Shown here: positions 35,206 through 43,616 of the stretch, piece by piece
Position numbering within the stretch: the first letter of the stretch is position 1
Layout of the letters: the number at the start of each line of letters is the position of its first letter
NCBI GenBank assembly: GCA_042570265.1
Contig: JBHPGU010000005.1
Location: 228 to 64,227, forward strand
Reading direction: 5' to 3'
DNA length: 64,000 bases
Origin: Candidatus Omnitrophota bacterium
GTDB lineage: Bacteria > Omnitrophota > Gorgyraeia > Velamenicoccales > JABMQK01
The notes under the pieces: model-generated
Database searches by the model: none
Told to the model about the DNA's origin: nothing
Seen by the model: the letters and a program-made list of their open reading frames with translations, nothing else
Position numbers and translations under genes: made by a program

Positions 35206-35694
35206 ATGAATAAAAATTTTCAAAAAGGCACAACACTTGTCGAATCGCTCTTAGCCATCTTTATCATGACCATTGTGGCCTTAGGTGGGGCAGCCTTTAT
35301 ATTTTTTAGCTCAGCGCGTGTAAACGTGGAGCGTAATAAGAGGGCAGCGTTGGAGATGGCTAATACGCGCTTGGAAGAGATGCGTGCCGCGGGGTTTATT
35401 GTTGTGGAACCGACCGTATTTGGTTGTCCTGAAAGTCATCTGGATGCGGATGGTTGTGATATTAAAAGATTAAACGATGGCACCTGGGCATTAGGTAGTG
35501 ATGAAGTAACCAGCATAAACGGCATAACTCTTCCCATTGTAACTAATGTCCGGTATGTAGATGATGCTGATCCAGATAGTACTGTTCCGGATCCTCCTTA
35601 TGGTTATATTGAAGCGCAGGTTAGTGTGGGTTTCAGAGCAGGTGTTCCAAATGCAATAGTTACACTTACAACTTATATCCAATCTTTAGGATGA
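35206..35694 (+). CDS. Minor pilin (PilV-like), prepilin-type N-terminus
   Basis: MNKNFQKG|TTLVESLLAIFIMTIV, with Gly-1 and Glu+5. ATG 35206 lies 2 nt after the upstream stop. Confidence 0.75.
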   Translation: MNKNFQKGTTLVESLLAIFIMTIVALGGAAFIFFSSARVNVERNKRAALEMANTRLEEMRAAGFIVVEPTVFGCPESHLDADGCDIKRLNDGTWALGSDEVTSINGITLPIVTNVRYVDDADPDSTVPDPPYGYIEAQVSVGFRAGVPNAIVTLTTYIQSLG

Positions 35695-36170
35695 GAGCCT
35701 TTATTAAAAAAGACGGCCGATCGGGTTTTTCTCTGGTTGAATTAATGGTGTGTATAGTTATCAGCGCTATTTTGGCGCTTACGCTAGGCACAATGTTGTA
35801 CTACATTTTTGTAGCCTGGAGAAATAATAGCGATCAAGTGGAAATACAGCGCGACGCCACATTCAGCATGGATATGTTATCCCGGAAAATAAGGCCGGCT
35901 TCTTTTTCACAAATAAGTCTTCCTGATTCAACGACTCTCAATATCGCCAGCGAATCTTTCTATCTAGTGGCCGGGACAAACGCTAACAGTCTGTATTACG
36001 ACCCCGATACTTCTGTAAGCTCAGACGAGATTGAACTCATTCGCGATAGAGTTACCGCTCTTGAATTTATAAATAACAGCCCCTTGAGGTCGATAACGAT
36101 TAATATGGGTTTAACACAGGGCAGAGAATCTCTTGCCTTAGATGAAACGACCATTGGCTATAGGAATTAG
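35691..36170 (+). CDS. Minor pilin (PilW/GspJ-like), prepilin-type N-terminus
   Basis: KKDGRSG|FSLVELMVCIVISAILA. Has a 4-nt overlap with the upstream gene. Confidence 0.75.
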   Translation: MRAFIKKDGRSGFSLVELMVCIVISAILALTLGTMLYYIFVAWRNNSDQVEIQRDATFSMDMLSRKIRPASFSQISLPDSTTLNIASESFYLVAGTNANSLYYDPDTSVSSDEIELIRDRVTALEFINNSPLRSITINMGLTQGRESLALDETTIGYRN

Positions 36171-36176
36171 ATTGCA

Positions 36177-37817
36177 ATGAGAAAATATCTTACAAATGAA
36201 AAAGGTTCGATGCTGGCCATGTCTATGATATTTCTGACTATTTTTACCCTTATGGGTTATGGGCTTATAAATTTAAGCGCTATTGATGCGATTGAGGTAG
36301 TGACTACCGATCGTTCAATGCAGGCATTCTGGGTAGCTGAGGCGGGATTATCGCGCGCGCTATACTCTTTGAGGATGGATTTTGTAAGTGACTCAACTGC
36401 TCCTAGTTTGGCCGATGGTGATATAAACGGCTTTAATTGCGGACCCGATAATAGTGATTTTTATATCATTCCTTACCCCACTAATAGTGTTGGTAATGGG
36501 ACTTATGTTGTGGAAATGAAAAATGTCTCTGGTTCAGATAAAGAAGCTTGGGTTAAGTCTACAGGCACAGTAGGCGGTACAAGCAGGACAGTCCAGGTCT
36601 ACTTAGGAGTCGAAAACCGCAATATTTGGAATAACGCGATTTTTGCCAGGGGAGCAAGCGAAAGCTCGCAAAACTTAATTAATGGCAATGTCACTATTGC
36701 CGGCTCAGTGCATATTTTGGGCGAAAGATCAGACGGGATATTCTATTTACCGACTGAAGTCGCTTTGGATATGAGTGGAGGCGCAAGAATTATCAATAAT
36801 TATGAGCCGGTAGATCCGGAATTATTGAATATAATGCCGCCTTGCCCCAAAGTTACAGTTATTGAAAATGGGACAGAAGTAGAACTAGATTCACTTAGCG
36901 CACAAGTTAAGGTGCAGCATGGCAATATTTTTATAGATAGCAGTGCCTCTGGAATAGGAGAAGCTGATGTCCCCGGCAATCAGTATAAAGAGACCGTAGA
37001 TGCTGTTTATCAGAATGATGGCTATACTGGAAGCCAGGGGGAAAATGAGGTATTTTCTGATAATGGCCCTTTTACTCCCTATGACTTTAAGAGTCACTAT
37101 GTGCCTTTTCCCAGTCTTGAAGATCCTTATATGGGGTATCCTTCTCACTATGCTTTTTTACAAGACAATGGTTTGGTCATAACAGATTCCGACCAGTTAG
37201 CAGAGCTAGCGGATATCACTCATACTTCCAACTTTGATTATGACAATGGCAAAGGTCGTATCAGTATGGATGGCAATGGGCACCTTACTATTGACGGGAT
37301 TGTCTATATCGGTAACGGAGCCGAGAATGATGGCGATGGGGCTCATTTGACTATAAGCACAGCTACTGAAGTTGTCCCTGTTATTGATCCCATAACAGAG
37401 GAACCGGTCGTTGATCCCATAACTGGAGAGCCTGTTACTCAGAATGTTATCCTTGATATCACCTATTCCGGTAGTGCGGCAATATTGGTTACCGGAAATG
37501 TACAAATAGATGGAGATTTCTTTACTGAGGGCACTGATTCTTATCCGGATAATATTATCGGCCTAATGACTCCTCATAATATTCACTTTGGCGATAGTTC
37601 GCAGATTGATGTGGCCGGAGTGTTTTACGCGGAAGAGAGTATTAGCGCTGAAAAACAGACAGAGGTCGCCGGAGCTTGGGTATCAAATAGCTTCGATATG
37701 GGCAAGAATGTTCCTTCTATTTATCAAGTCTGGGCTATAATGGATCATCTTCCCTTTGGCCTTATTGGTAGTAATCCGCACTACACTGTTGCTCCTTCTA
37801 GCTGGGAAGAAATATAG
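36177..37817 (+). CDS. Large PilX/GspK-like minor pilin or tip-associated protein
   Basis: NEKG|SMLAMSMIFLTIF (Gly-1, no Glu+5, as in PilX/GspK). 546 aa, beta-rich, with an internal 27-nt tandem repeat. Confidence 0.6.
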   Translation: MRKYLTNEKGSMLAMSMIFLTIFTLMGYGLINLSAIDAIEVVTTDRSMQAFWVAEAGLSRALYSLRMDFVSDSTAPSLADGDINGFNCGPDNSDFYIIPYPTNSVGNGTYVVEMKNVSGSDKEAWVKSTGTVGGTSRTVQVYLGVENRNIWNNAIFARGASESSQNLINGNVTIAGSVHILGERSDGIFYLPTEVALDMSGGARIINNYEPVDPELLNIMPPCPKVTVIENGTEVELDSLSAQVKVQHGNIFIDSSASGIGEADVPGNQYKETVDAVYQNDGYTGSQGENEVFSDNGPFTPYDFKSHYVPFPSLEDPYMGYPSHYAFLQDNGLVITDSDQLAELADITHTSNFDYDNGKGRISMDGNGHLTIDGIVYIGNGAENDGDGAHLTISTATEVVPVIDPITEEPVVDPITGEPVTQNVILDITYSGSAAILVTGNVQIDGDFFTEGTDSYPDNIIGLMTPHNIHFGDSSQIDVAGVFYAEESISAEKQTEVAGAWVSNSFDMGKNVPSIYQVWAIMDHLPFGLIGSNPHYTVAPSSWEEI

Positions 37818-37904
37818 TAAGATAAACTGTTTTTTTCGAAATTTAGCAAGTAAGCCAACCCCCTTCACACCGATTAATACAAACAATCAGACAATTGAAA
37901 GTTT

Positions 37905-37933
37905 TTGTAAATCTATCGTCTCTGTGTTATATT
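37905..37933 (+). promoter_or_regulatory. Putative sigma-70 promoter for tRNA-Arg
   Basis: TTGTAA (37905-37910), 17-nt spacer ending TGT (extended -10), TATATT (37928-37933). Lies 16 nt before the tRNA 5' end. Confidence 0.5.
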
Positions 37934-37949
37934 AGTTTATGAAATTTAT

Positions 37950-38023
37950 GCGCCCGTAGCTTAATTGGATAGAGCACCAGTCTACGGAACTGGTTGTTGC
38001 TGGTTCGAATCCAGCCGGGCGCA
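37950..38023 (+). tRNA. tRNA-Arg (anticodon ACG)
   Basis: Hand-folded cloverleaf: GCGCCCG/CGGGCGC acceptor, GCTT/GAGC D stem, CCAGT-CTACGGA-ACTGG anticodon arm, GCTGG-TTCGAAT-CCAGC T arm, discriminator A. No encoded CCA. Confidence 0.9.
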
Positions 38024-38161
38024 TAAGATTTGCCTTAATTTAGTGCTTGGCAAATCTATCCCACCGAATAGACTAAAATTTTAGGATAAAATTTTAGTCT
38101 GGCTTATGAGGCGGGACAAGATTATACATGCTTACGCGAGGGGTTAAATTATAACTTACCA

Positions 38162-38641
38162 ATGCTAACAGAAAAAGATGATACTTATTTTATGAAGGAG
38201 GCCTTAAGGCAGGCCAATATGGCTTTTAACTCTGATGAAGTGCCTGTAGGGGCTGTGGTTGTGCATCAAAATAAGATAATCGCAAAGGCTCATAATCAGG
38301 TAGAGTTGCTTAAAGACCCCAGCGCACACGCGGAAATGCTGGTTTTGACTCAAGCCTGTAATTTCTTGCAGAATAAATGGTTGTTGGGCTGTACGATTTA
38401 TGTTACAATTGAACCTTGCAGCATGTGCGCAGGCGCATTAGTCCTTTCCCGAGTAAAAAAAATCATATATGGTGCAGATGATCCCAAGGCAGGTGCTTGC
38501 GGGTCAGTAGTAAATATTATTAATAACAAATACCTCAATCACCGCCCCAAGATCAAAAAAGGCATATTAGAAGAAGATTGTTCTTTAGTAATTAGGGAGT
38601 TCTTTGCTAAGAAGAGGAAGAATTCACTTATCAATAATTGA
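38162..38641 (+). CDS. tadA: tRNA-specific adenosine deaminase TadA
   Basis: CDA zinc motifs HAEMLVL and PCSMCAGAL. 159 aa. Confidence 0.9.
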   Translation: MLTEKDDTYFMKEALRQANMAFNSDEVPVGAVVVHQNKIIAKAHNQVELLKDPSAHAEMLVLTQACNFLQNKWLLGCTIYVTIEPCSMCAGALVLSRVKKIIYGADDPKAGACGSVVNIINNKYLNHRPKIKKGILEEDCSLVIREFFAKKRKNSLINN

Positions 38642-38654
38642 ATATAGAGATTTT

Positions 38655-38743
38655 GGAGAGGTGCTTGAGTGGTTGAAAAGAGCTGCCTGCTAAGCAGTTG
38701 GCCTGGGCAACCGGGCCCTCGGGTTCGAATCCCGACCTCTCCG
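38655..38743 (+). tRNA. tRNA-Ser (anticodon GCU)
   Basis: GGAGAGG/CCTCTCC acceptor, anticodon arm GCTGC-CTGCTAA-GCAGT, long variable arm (TGGCCTGGGCAACCGGGCC), T arm CTCGG-GTTCGAATC-CCGA(C), discriminator G. Confidence 0.9.
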
Positions 38744-38881
38744 AGGAACTTTTCATTAATGAAAAGTTACGAGGATGCCAAAATCGTATTTTGGCGCCTA
38801 ACCGTACCGCAAATTCACATTAGTAGCAATCGGATGCCGAACTAAATTTCTTAACTTATCTATCCATAAATTTCTAGAGAT

Positions 38882-40966
38882 TTGAATTTCCCCAATACTA
38901 TTAATTACCGCATATGCGCATTATTTATTGCATCCTATGTGATGGCTCTAGTAGTTTGTATTGTTTCACTCTTTTTTTACTCCCCCTTTGATCCAAGTGT
39001 TTTAGGCATTAGAATCATAGATGTCCCTATGTATTCTATGGCTCCGTTACTTTATAAGGTTTCCTATATTAGTAGTACAATAGTTGTTTTGTTTTTATTT
39101 TCTTTAGTTTTTATTTTGATAGCATTATTTCTTAACAGCCTATTAAAGCAAAAGGGGGCTTTGCTTTTTTGGTTTTCCGTTCTAGCTATATCCAGCTATA
39201 AGTTTATCAAGATATTGTTAAACGCTTCTTCGCCACCTTTGTTTCTATACATTTTGTTTGGCTCTATTATCTTAATAATTACATTCTTGATGTTTTGTTG
39301 GATTTGGGCAAAGTCTAAATTTAATAAAAGCATTCTTACAATTTCTTTGTCTTTTATCGCTATAATCATAGTTGTAGTTTTATTTAATTTTCTTGCTACC
39401 AGAAGTTTCTTTTCGATTTTTACTTTGTTAGGATTGTTATGCTTTCATTTTATTTGCGGATTTTTTGCGAAGTTAGATGACGCTGCTAGACTTAAAATCA
39501 AAAATAGGTTTCAGCTCTTCTCAAAAATCGTTATCGCACTTATAATTATTCAGACTCTGGTAGTGGCTGTGGTTTTTTCATGGGAAGGCATAGGATTAGC
39601 GGCAGCCTATAGAAGCGAAATGTCTGAGATGGTCACATCTAAAACTAATAAAGATGCGAATGTAATATTAGTGATGGTTGATACGCTAAGAGCGGACCAT
39701 CTTGGCTGCTATGGATATCAAAGAAAGACCAGCCCTTTTATAGATGCTTTTGCCAGAGAGGGGACCGTGTTTGGAAACTGCTACGCTCAGGCTTCCTGGA
39801 CGTCTCCGTCTTGCGCTTCGTTATTAACTTCTTTATATCCTTCCATACATGGAGTGATTAGCTCTGATTATATTTTGCCGGATCAAGTTACGACTATGGC
39901 TGAAGTATTCCAGGACCAAGGATACGTTACTTATTGTTATTTAGCCAACCCTAGCTTGCGAAGAATTTATAATTTCCAGCAAGGCTATGATTATTTCGAT
40001 GATTACCTAATGCGTGACACGTTATTCTACGCGGTTTTGAGAAACCTCCCTATTTTTAAACATATAATCAAAAATCTAGCCGGTACTAGTTTTAGCTGGC
40101 AGAATAGAGACAATGCGCAACTGGCAAATGAAAGAATTTTTCCTTGGCTAGATAAACACAAGGATGAGAATTTCTTTATGTACTTGCATTATATGGATCC
40201 TCATTCTACATATGCGCCCCCATCTCCGTACAATAGGATGTTTTCTCATATTCAGGGTGATGTGCTTTCTAGGCGAATCGCACTTTACGATGGAGAGATA
40301 CGGTTTTTCGATGATAAATTTAAAGAGCTAGTTGATAAATTGAAGTCATTAGACATTTACGATAAAACATTGATTGTTTTGGTATCTGATCATGGAGAGG
40401 GGTTTCTTGAACATGGCCAGTGGGAACACGGTTTTACGCTCTACGATGAAGAGGTCAAGGTGCCGTTTATTATAAAATATGACGGCTACGTTGCAAGAGG
40501 CAGATCAGTTTCCCAGCCTGTGAGACTTATCGACGTTATGCCCACAGTTTTAGATTTATTGAATATTGAATACAATATTCCAGTAGATGGAAGAAGCTTA
40601 GCCCCCATGTTAGGAGCTCAGAGTTTAACCATGGAGCCGCAAGATGTCTATATGGAGGTAGTTTCCGGTAAAGATGAATATGTATTAAAGGGGTTAGTGA
40701 GAGGCGGCACATGGAAGTACATATTGACAGAAGCATCGCAATTAAGAGATATTCAAAAGTTGGGCAATGAAGAACTCTTAAATCTTAAAAACGACCCCAG
40801 AGAACTACGTAATTTAAGTAGGCAAAATCCAGAAATTTTAACAGGCATAAAAAAATACTTCAATTTTTACAGGAAGCATTGCAGCGATAATGCCATAAGC
40901 CCACCTGAGGTTGAAAAGAATTTCGAGATAGTCGAACAGTTAAGGGCCCTGGGGTATTTGCAGTAG
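38882..40966 (+). CDS. Membrane-anchored alkaline-phosphatase-superfamily enzyme (sulfatase-fold; LtaS/EptA/OpgB-like phosphotransferase rather than a true sulfatase)
   Basis: The N-terminal ~250 aa is polytopic. The catalytic domain has VMVDTLRADHLGCYGY and WTSPSCASLLTS, where Thr replaces the formylglycine Cys/Ser. The start codon is uncertain: TTG 38882 has no obvious RBS. Confidence 0.75.
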   Translation: MNFPNTINYRICALFIASYVMALVVCIVSLFFYSPFDPSVLGIRIIDVPMYSMAPLLYKVSYISSTIVVLFLFSLVFILIALFLNSLLKQKGALLFWFSVLAISSYKFIKILLNASSPPLFLYILFGSIILIITFLMFCWIWAKSKFNKSILTISLSFIAIIIVVVLFNFLATRSFFSIFTLLGLLCFHFICGFFAKLDDAARLKIKNRFQLFSKIVIALIIIQTLVVAVVFSWEGIGLAAAYRSEMSEMVTSKTNKDANVILVMVDTLRADHLGCYGYQRKTSPFIDAFAREGTVFGNCYAQASWTSPSCASLLTSLYPSIHGVISSDYILPDQVTTMAEVFQDQGYVTYCYLANPSLRRIYNFQQGYDYFDDYLMRDTLFYAVLRNLPIFKHIIKNLAGTSFSWQNRDNAQLANERIFPWLDKHKDENFFMYLHYMDPHSTYAPPSPYNRMFSHIQGDVLSRRIALYDGEIRFFDDKFKELVDKLKSLDIYDKTLIVLVSDHGEGFLEHGQWEHGFTLYDEEVKVPFIIKYDGYVARGRSVSQPVRLIDVMPTVLDLLNIEYNIPVDGRSLAPMLGAQSLTMEPQDVYMEVVSGKDEYVLKGLVRGGTWKYILTEASQLRDIQKLGNEELLNLKNDPRELRNLSRQNPEILTGIKKYFNFYRKHCSDNAISPPEVEKNFEIVEQLRALGYLQ

Positions 40967-40995
40967 GTGAATTTGGGTTATTAGGCTTAGATATC

Positions 40996-41024
40996 TTGAC
41001 ACGAAAGAGTTAGTAGTATAACAT
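40996..41024 (+). promoter_or_regulatory. Putative sigma-70 promoter with overlapping palindrome
   Basis: TTGACA (40996-41001), 17-nt spacer, TAACAT (41019-41024). The palindrome AGTAGTAT-AAC-ATACTACT (41012-41030) overlaps the -10. Confidence 0.4.
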
Positions 41025-41139
41025 ACTACTGTCGGAGAATTATAGAATCACCACAAAGTAATTATTGACCTCACAGCAAATAAATCAATGCTAATAAGGT
41101 AAAAGATTATTCATTCTTAAAAAAGGAGGGCTTGAAACT

Positions 41140-41739
41140 GTGTTCAGCAAAAAATTATTCACCGTCATAATAGTTTTATTTTTATTTATTTTGGCACTAC
41201 CAGAAGTATCATATTCTCAGACTGAAGAAGCCATGGAAGAATACACAAATGAATTCGGCATCTTTAGCGGCTGGGCCTCGGGCAAATTGAAATATAACCA
41301 AGGCGACTATGAGATGGTGCCTTTGCATTTCCAAATAGGCTTCGATATTACCTCTATGCTTAACAATATAAATATCGAACCAGAGGGAAGATTGAAGTTC
41401 TTTTTTGAACCGTTCTTAAACCCCGTTCTCAATCCCAGCGAAAACATTGAAGTTGGCAATAACTTTATGTTAAAATATGCCCATCCGATTACCCAGAAGT
41501 TTTCTTTGTTTTTTGAGGCTGGAGTGGGTTTATTGTATACAACTCAGCACACTGCCGAGCAGGGCACTCAGTTTAATTTTTCACAACAGTTTGGAGGAGG
41601 AATTTCATACCTTTTCGCAGAAAACAAAACCCTAAATGTAGGTTATAGGCGTAGGCACTTCTCGAATGCAGATATCGAAGAGCCCAATTCTGGGATAGAT
41701 ATGGATTATATTTTGTGTGGAGTAACTATTTTCTATTAA
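41140..41739 (+). CDS. Outer-membrane acyloxyacyl hydrolase / lipid A 3-O-deacylase (PagL-like) beta-barrel
   Basis: Signal peptide, alternating beta-strand pattern, catalytic-region motif RRRHFSNADIEEPNSGID (H-x-S-N), C-terminal aromatic residue (TIFY). GTG start after a GGAGG RBS. Confidence 0.65.
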   Translation: MFSKKLFTVIIVLFLFILALPEVSYSQTEEAMEEYTNEFGIFSGWASGKLKYNQGDYEMVPLHFQIGFDITSMLNNINIEPEGRLKFFFEPFLNPVLNPSENIEVGNNFMLKYAHPITQKFSLFFEAGVGLLYTTQHTAEQGTQFNFSQQFGGGISYLFAENKTLNVGYRRRHFSNADIEEPNSGIDMDYILCGVTIFY

Positions 41740-41770
41740 TTGTTGAAGTATGAGAAGAAGGAAAGCTTAA

Positions 41771-41915
41771 CCAAATTACTAATTAGTAATTTCTAATTGA
41801 CCTAATGAATTCCCAATAGACCAATTATAACTGACATTTTTTTTGCTTTTAAATAATTTATTCATCAGTCATTGGGGTTTAATTAGAAATTAGAATTATT
41901 AGTAATTAGAAATTC
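41771..41915. repeat. AT-rich inverted-repeat element (REPIN/MITE-like), copy 4
   Basis: Left arm CTAATTGACCTAATGAATTCCCAATAG (41793-41819). Right arm GGTTTAATTAGAAATTAGAATTATTAGTAATTAGAAATTC (41876-41915). Shares the interior AATTTATTCAT with copy 1. Confidence 0.7.
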
Positions 41916-41929
41916 AATTCTTAAATAAA

Positions 41930-43609
41930 ATGTCTTATATAGTATTAGCTAGAAAGTGGCGGCCTCAGAAATTTGATGAGATCGTTGGCCAGGAGCATAT
42001 CACTCAGACTCTAAAGAATTCTGTCCAGAGTGGCAAATTAGCCCATGCCTATATTTTTGTGGGTCCGCGCGGAGTAGGTAAGACCTCTTGCGCACGTATC
42101 TTGGCAAAGTCCTTGAATTGTAAAGATGCCCCCACTGTTAATCCTTGCGGTAAGTGCAGCGCATGTAAGGAGATCTCAGAAGGTAGGAGCCTGGATGTGA
42201 TTGAAATTGATGGCGCATCCAACAGGGGCATCGATGAAATAAGGACTTTGAGGGAAAACGTAAAATTTGCTCCGATCTTAGGTAAATACAAGATCTACAT
42301 AATTGATGAAGTACATATGCTTACCCAGGAAGCATTCAATGCGCTTCTAAAGACCCTAGAAGAACCCCCTGAGCATGTAAAATTCATATTTGCAACTACA
42401 CAGCCCGCCAAGGTCTTGCCTACGATACTATCGCGCTGTCAGAGATTCGAATTCAATCGCATTACTGTCTTAAAGATAATCGCTAAATTGGAAGAGATCG
42501 CCAAAGCAGAGAAGATTTCAGTAAAGCAAGATGTGTTTTTTGATATCGCTAAGATTTCTGAAGGCAGCCTGCGTGACGCAGAATCAATCCTGGATCAGCT
42601 GATTACATTCTCGAAGGGCGAGATAAAGTCCGGGGATGTCATTGCGGTAATGGGCTTGATTGAACAAGAGGCTTATTTTGAGTTTGTCAACGCTATAAAG
42701 AATCAAGATACACAATTTTGTATAGATTTCATCGCTAAGTTATTTACTCGCGGAAAGAATATCTCTAAATTTTTGTCCGGTCTGCAGTGGCACCTTAGGA
42801 ATATAATGTTGGCTAAGATTATGAAGTCAGATTTGGAAGAGCTCCTAGACTTACCTAAGGAAGTTACTGATAAAATTATCGAGCAGGGCAAAAACTTATC
42901 TTTACAGGAGGTAATTAATATATTCTCAGCCGCAATAAATACAGGGGATATGGCCAAGAAGATGGGTTCTTTCAGGATACCGTTGGAGGTGATGGTCATA
43001 AAATTGACGCACAGTGATTTTAAAGATAAAGCTGTTGCCAGGGAATCCATTGTGAGCTCAAGCGCTAAAATGGTCGCCAGCAAGATGAAGTTAAACAACG
43101 TAGGCTCTATTTTTTCAGGACCCAAGAAAGACCCTGAGCTAAAGAAGAATTTAGGGGATATCGTTGCGCAGGATGTAAAACCAGAGAAAAAGATAGATGT
43201 CGAGGTCAAAGCACAGACGAATGCCCAAGGTGTTGCAGAGAGCGTAGCTAGCGATAAGCCGCAGGTAGATTTTCAGACAATGCTTGGTGGTTGGCCTCAA
43301 ATAGTAGAAGCTGTTTCAGAGAAGAAGATGTCTGTAGCTACTTACCTCAAAGACTCCAGGCCTATAAAGTTAGAACAGGGAGTCTTGACAGTGGGATTTT
43401 CCAAGAAGGCGGTATTTTATAAAGAGGCGGTAGAGCAGAGGCACAATCAAAAGATTATTACAGATAGGATAAATGAGTTATTCAATGTAATGATTAGTTT
43501 AAGTTTTGAATTATTGGATGATCTGGAAACCGAAACAGCTGTGGAAGAAACAAATAGCGAGTTTTTGAATTCCGCACTGCACATATTCAAGGGAAGGTTA
43601 TTCAAATAG
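41930..43609 (+). CDS. dnaX: DNA polymerase III subunit gamma/tau
   Basis: ARKWRPQKFDEIVGQEH, Walker A GPRGVGKTS, zinc module CGKCSACKEI, DEVHML, SRCQRF. Confidence 0.93.
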   Translation: MSYIVLARKWRPQKFDEIVGQEHITQTLKNSVQSGKLAHAYIFVGPRGVGKTSCARILAKSLNCKDAPTVNPCGKCSACKEISEGRSLDVIEIDGASNRGIDEIRTLRENVKFAPILGKYKIYIIDEVHMLTQEAFNALLKTLEEPPEHVKFIFATTQPAKVLPTILSRCQRFEFNRITVLKIIAKLEEIAKAEKISVKQDVFFDIAKISEGSLRDAESILDQLITFSKGEIKSGDVIAVMGLIEQEAYFEFVNAIKNQDTQFCIDFIAKLFTRGKNISKFLSGLQWHLRNIMLAKIMKSDLEELLDLPKEVTDKIIEQGKNLSLQEVINIFSAAINTGDMAKKMGSFRIPLEVMVIKLTHSDFKDKAVARESIVSSSAKMVASKMKLNNVGSIFSGPKKDPELKKNLGDIVAQDVKPEKKIDVEVKAQTNAQGVAESVASDKPQVDFQTMLGGWPQIVEAVSEKKMSVATYLKDSRPIKLEQGVLTVGFSKKAVFYKEAVEQRHNQKIITDRINELFNVMISLSFELLDDLETETAVEETNSEFLNSALHIFKGRLFK

Positions 43610-43616
43610 GATTGAT

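Noticed and set aside
38747-38795. Two hairpins after tRNA-Ser (AACTTTTCAT-TA-ATGAAAAGTT and GCCAAAAT-cgt-ATTTTGGC) as terminators
   Set aside because: The stems are real, but neither is followed by a T-run. They may be processing or terminator elements, but I cannot support a specific call.
42703-43209. 168-aa minus-strand ORF
   Set aside because: It is embedded in dnaX. It has no RBS and no recognisable motif. It is a shadow of the + frame.
41930-43609. Programmed -1 frameshift site (A AAA AAG) for a gamma subunit in dnaX
   Set aside because: I found no A7-type slippery heptamer with a downstream hairpin in the gene. The longest A-run I saw, in GAGAAAAAGAT, is too short.
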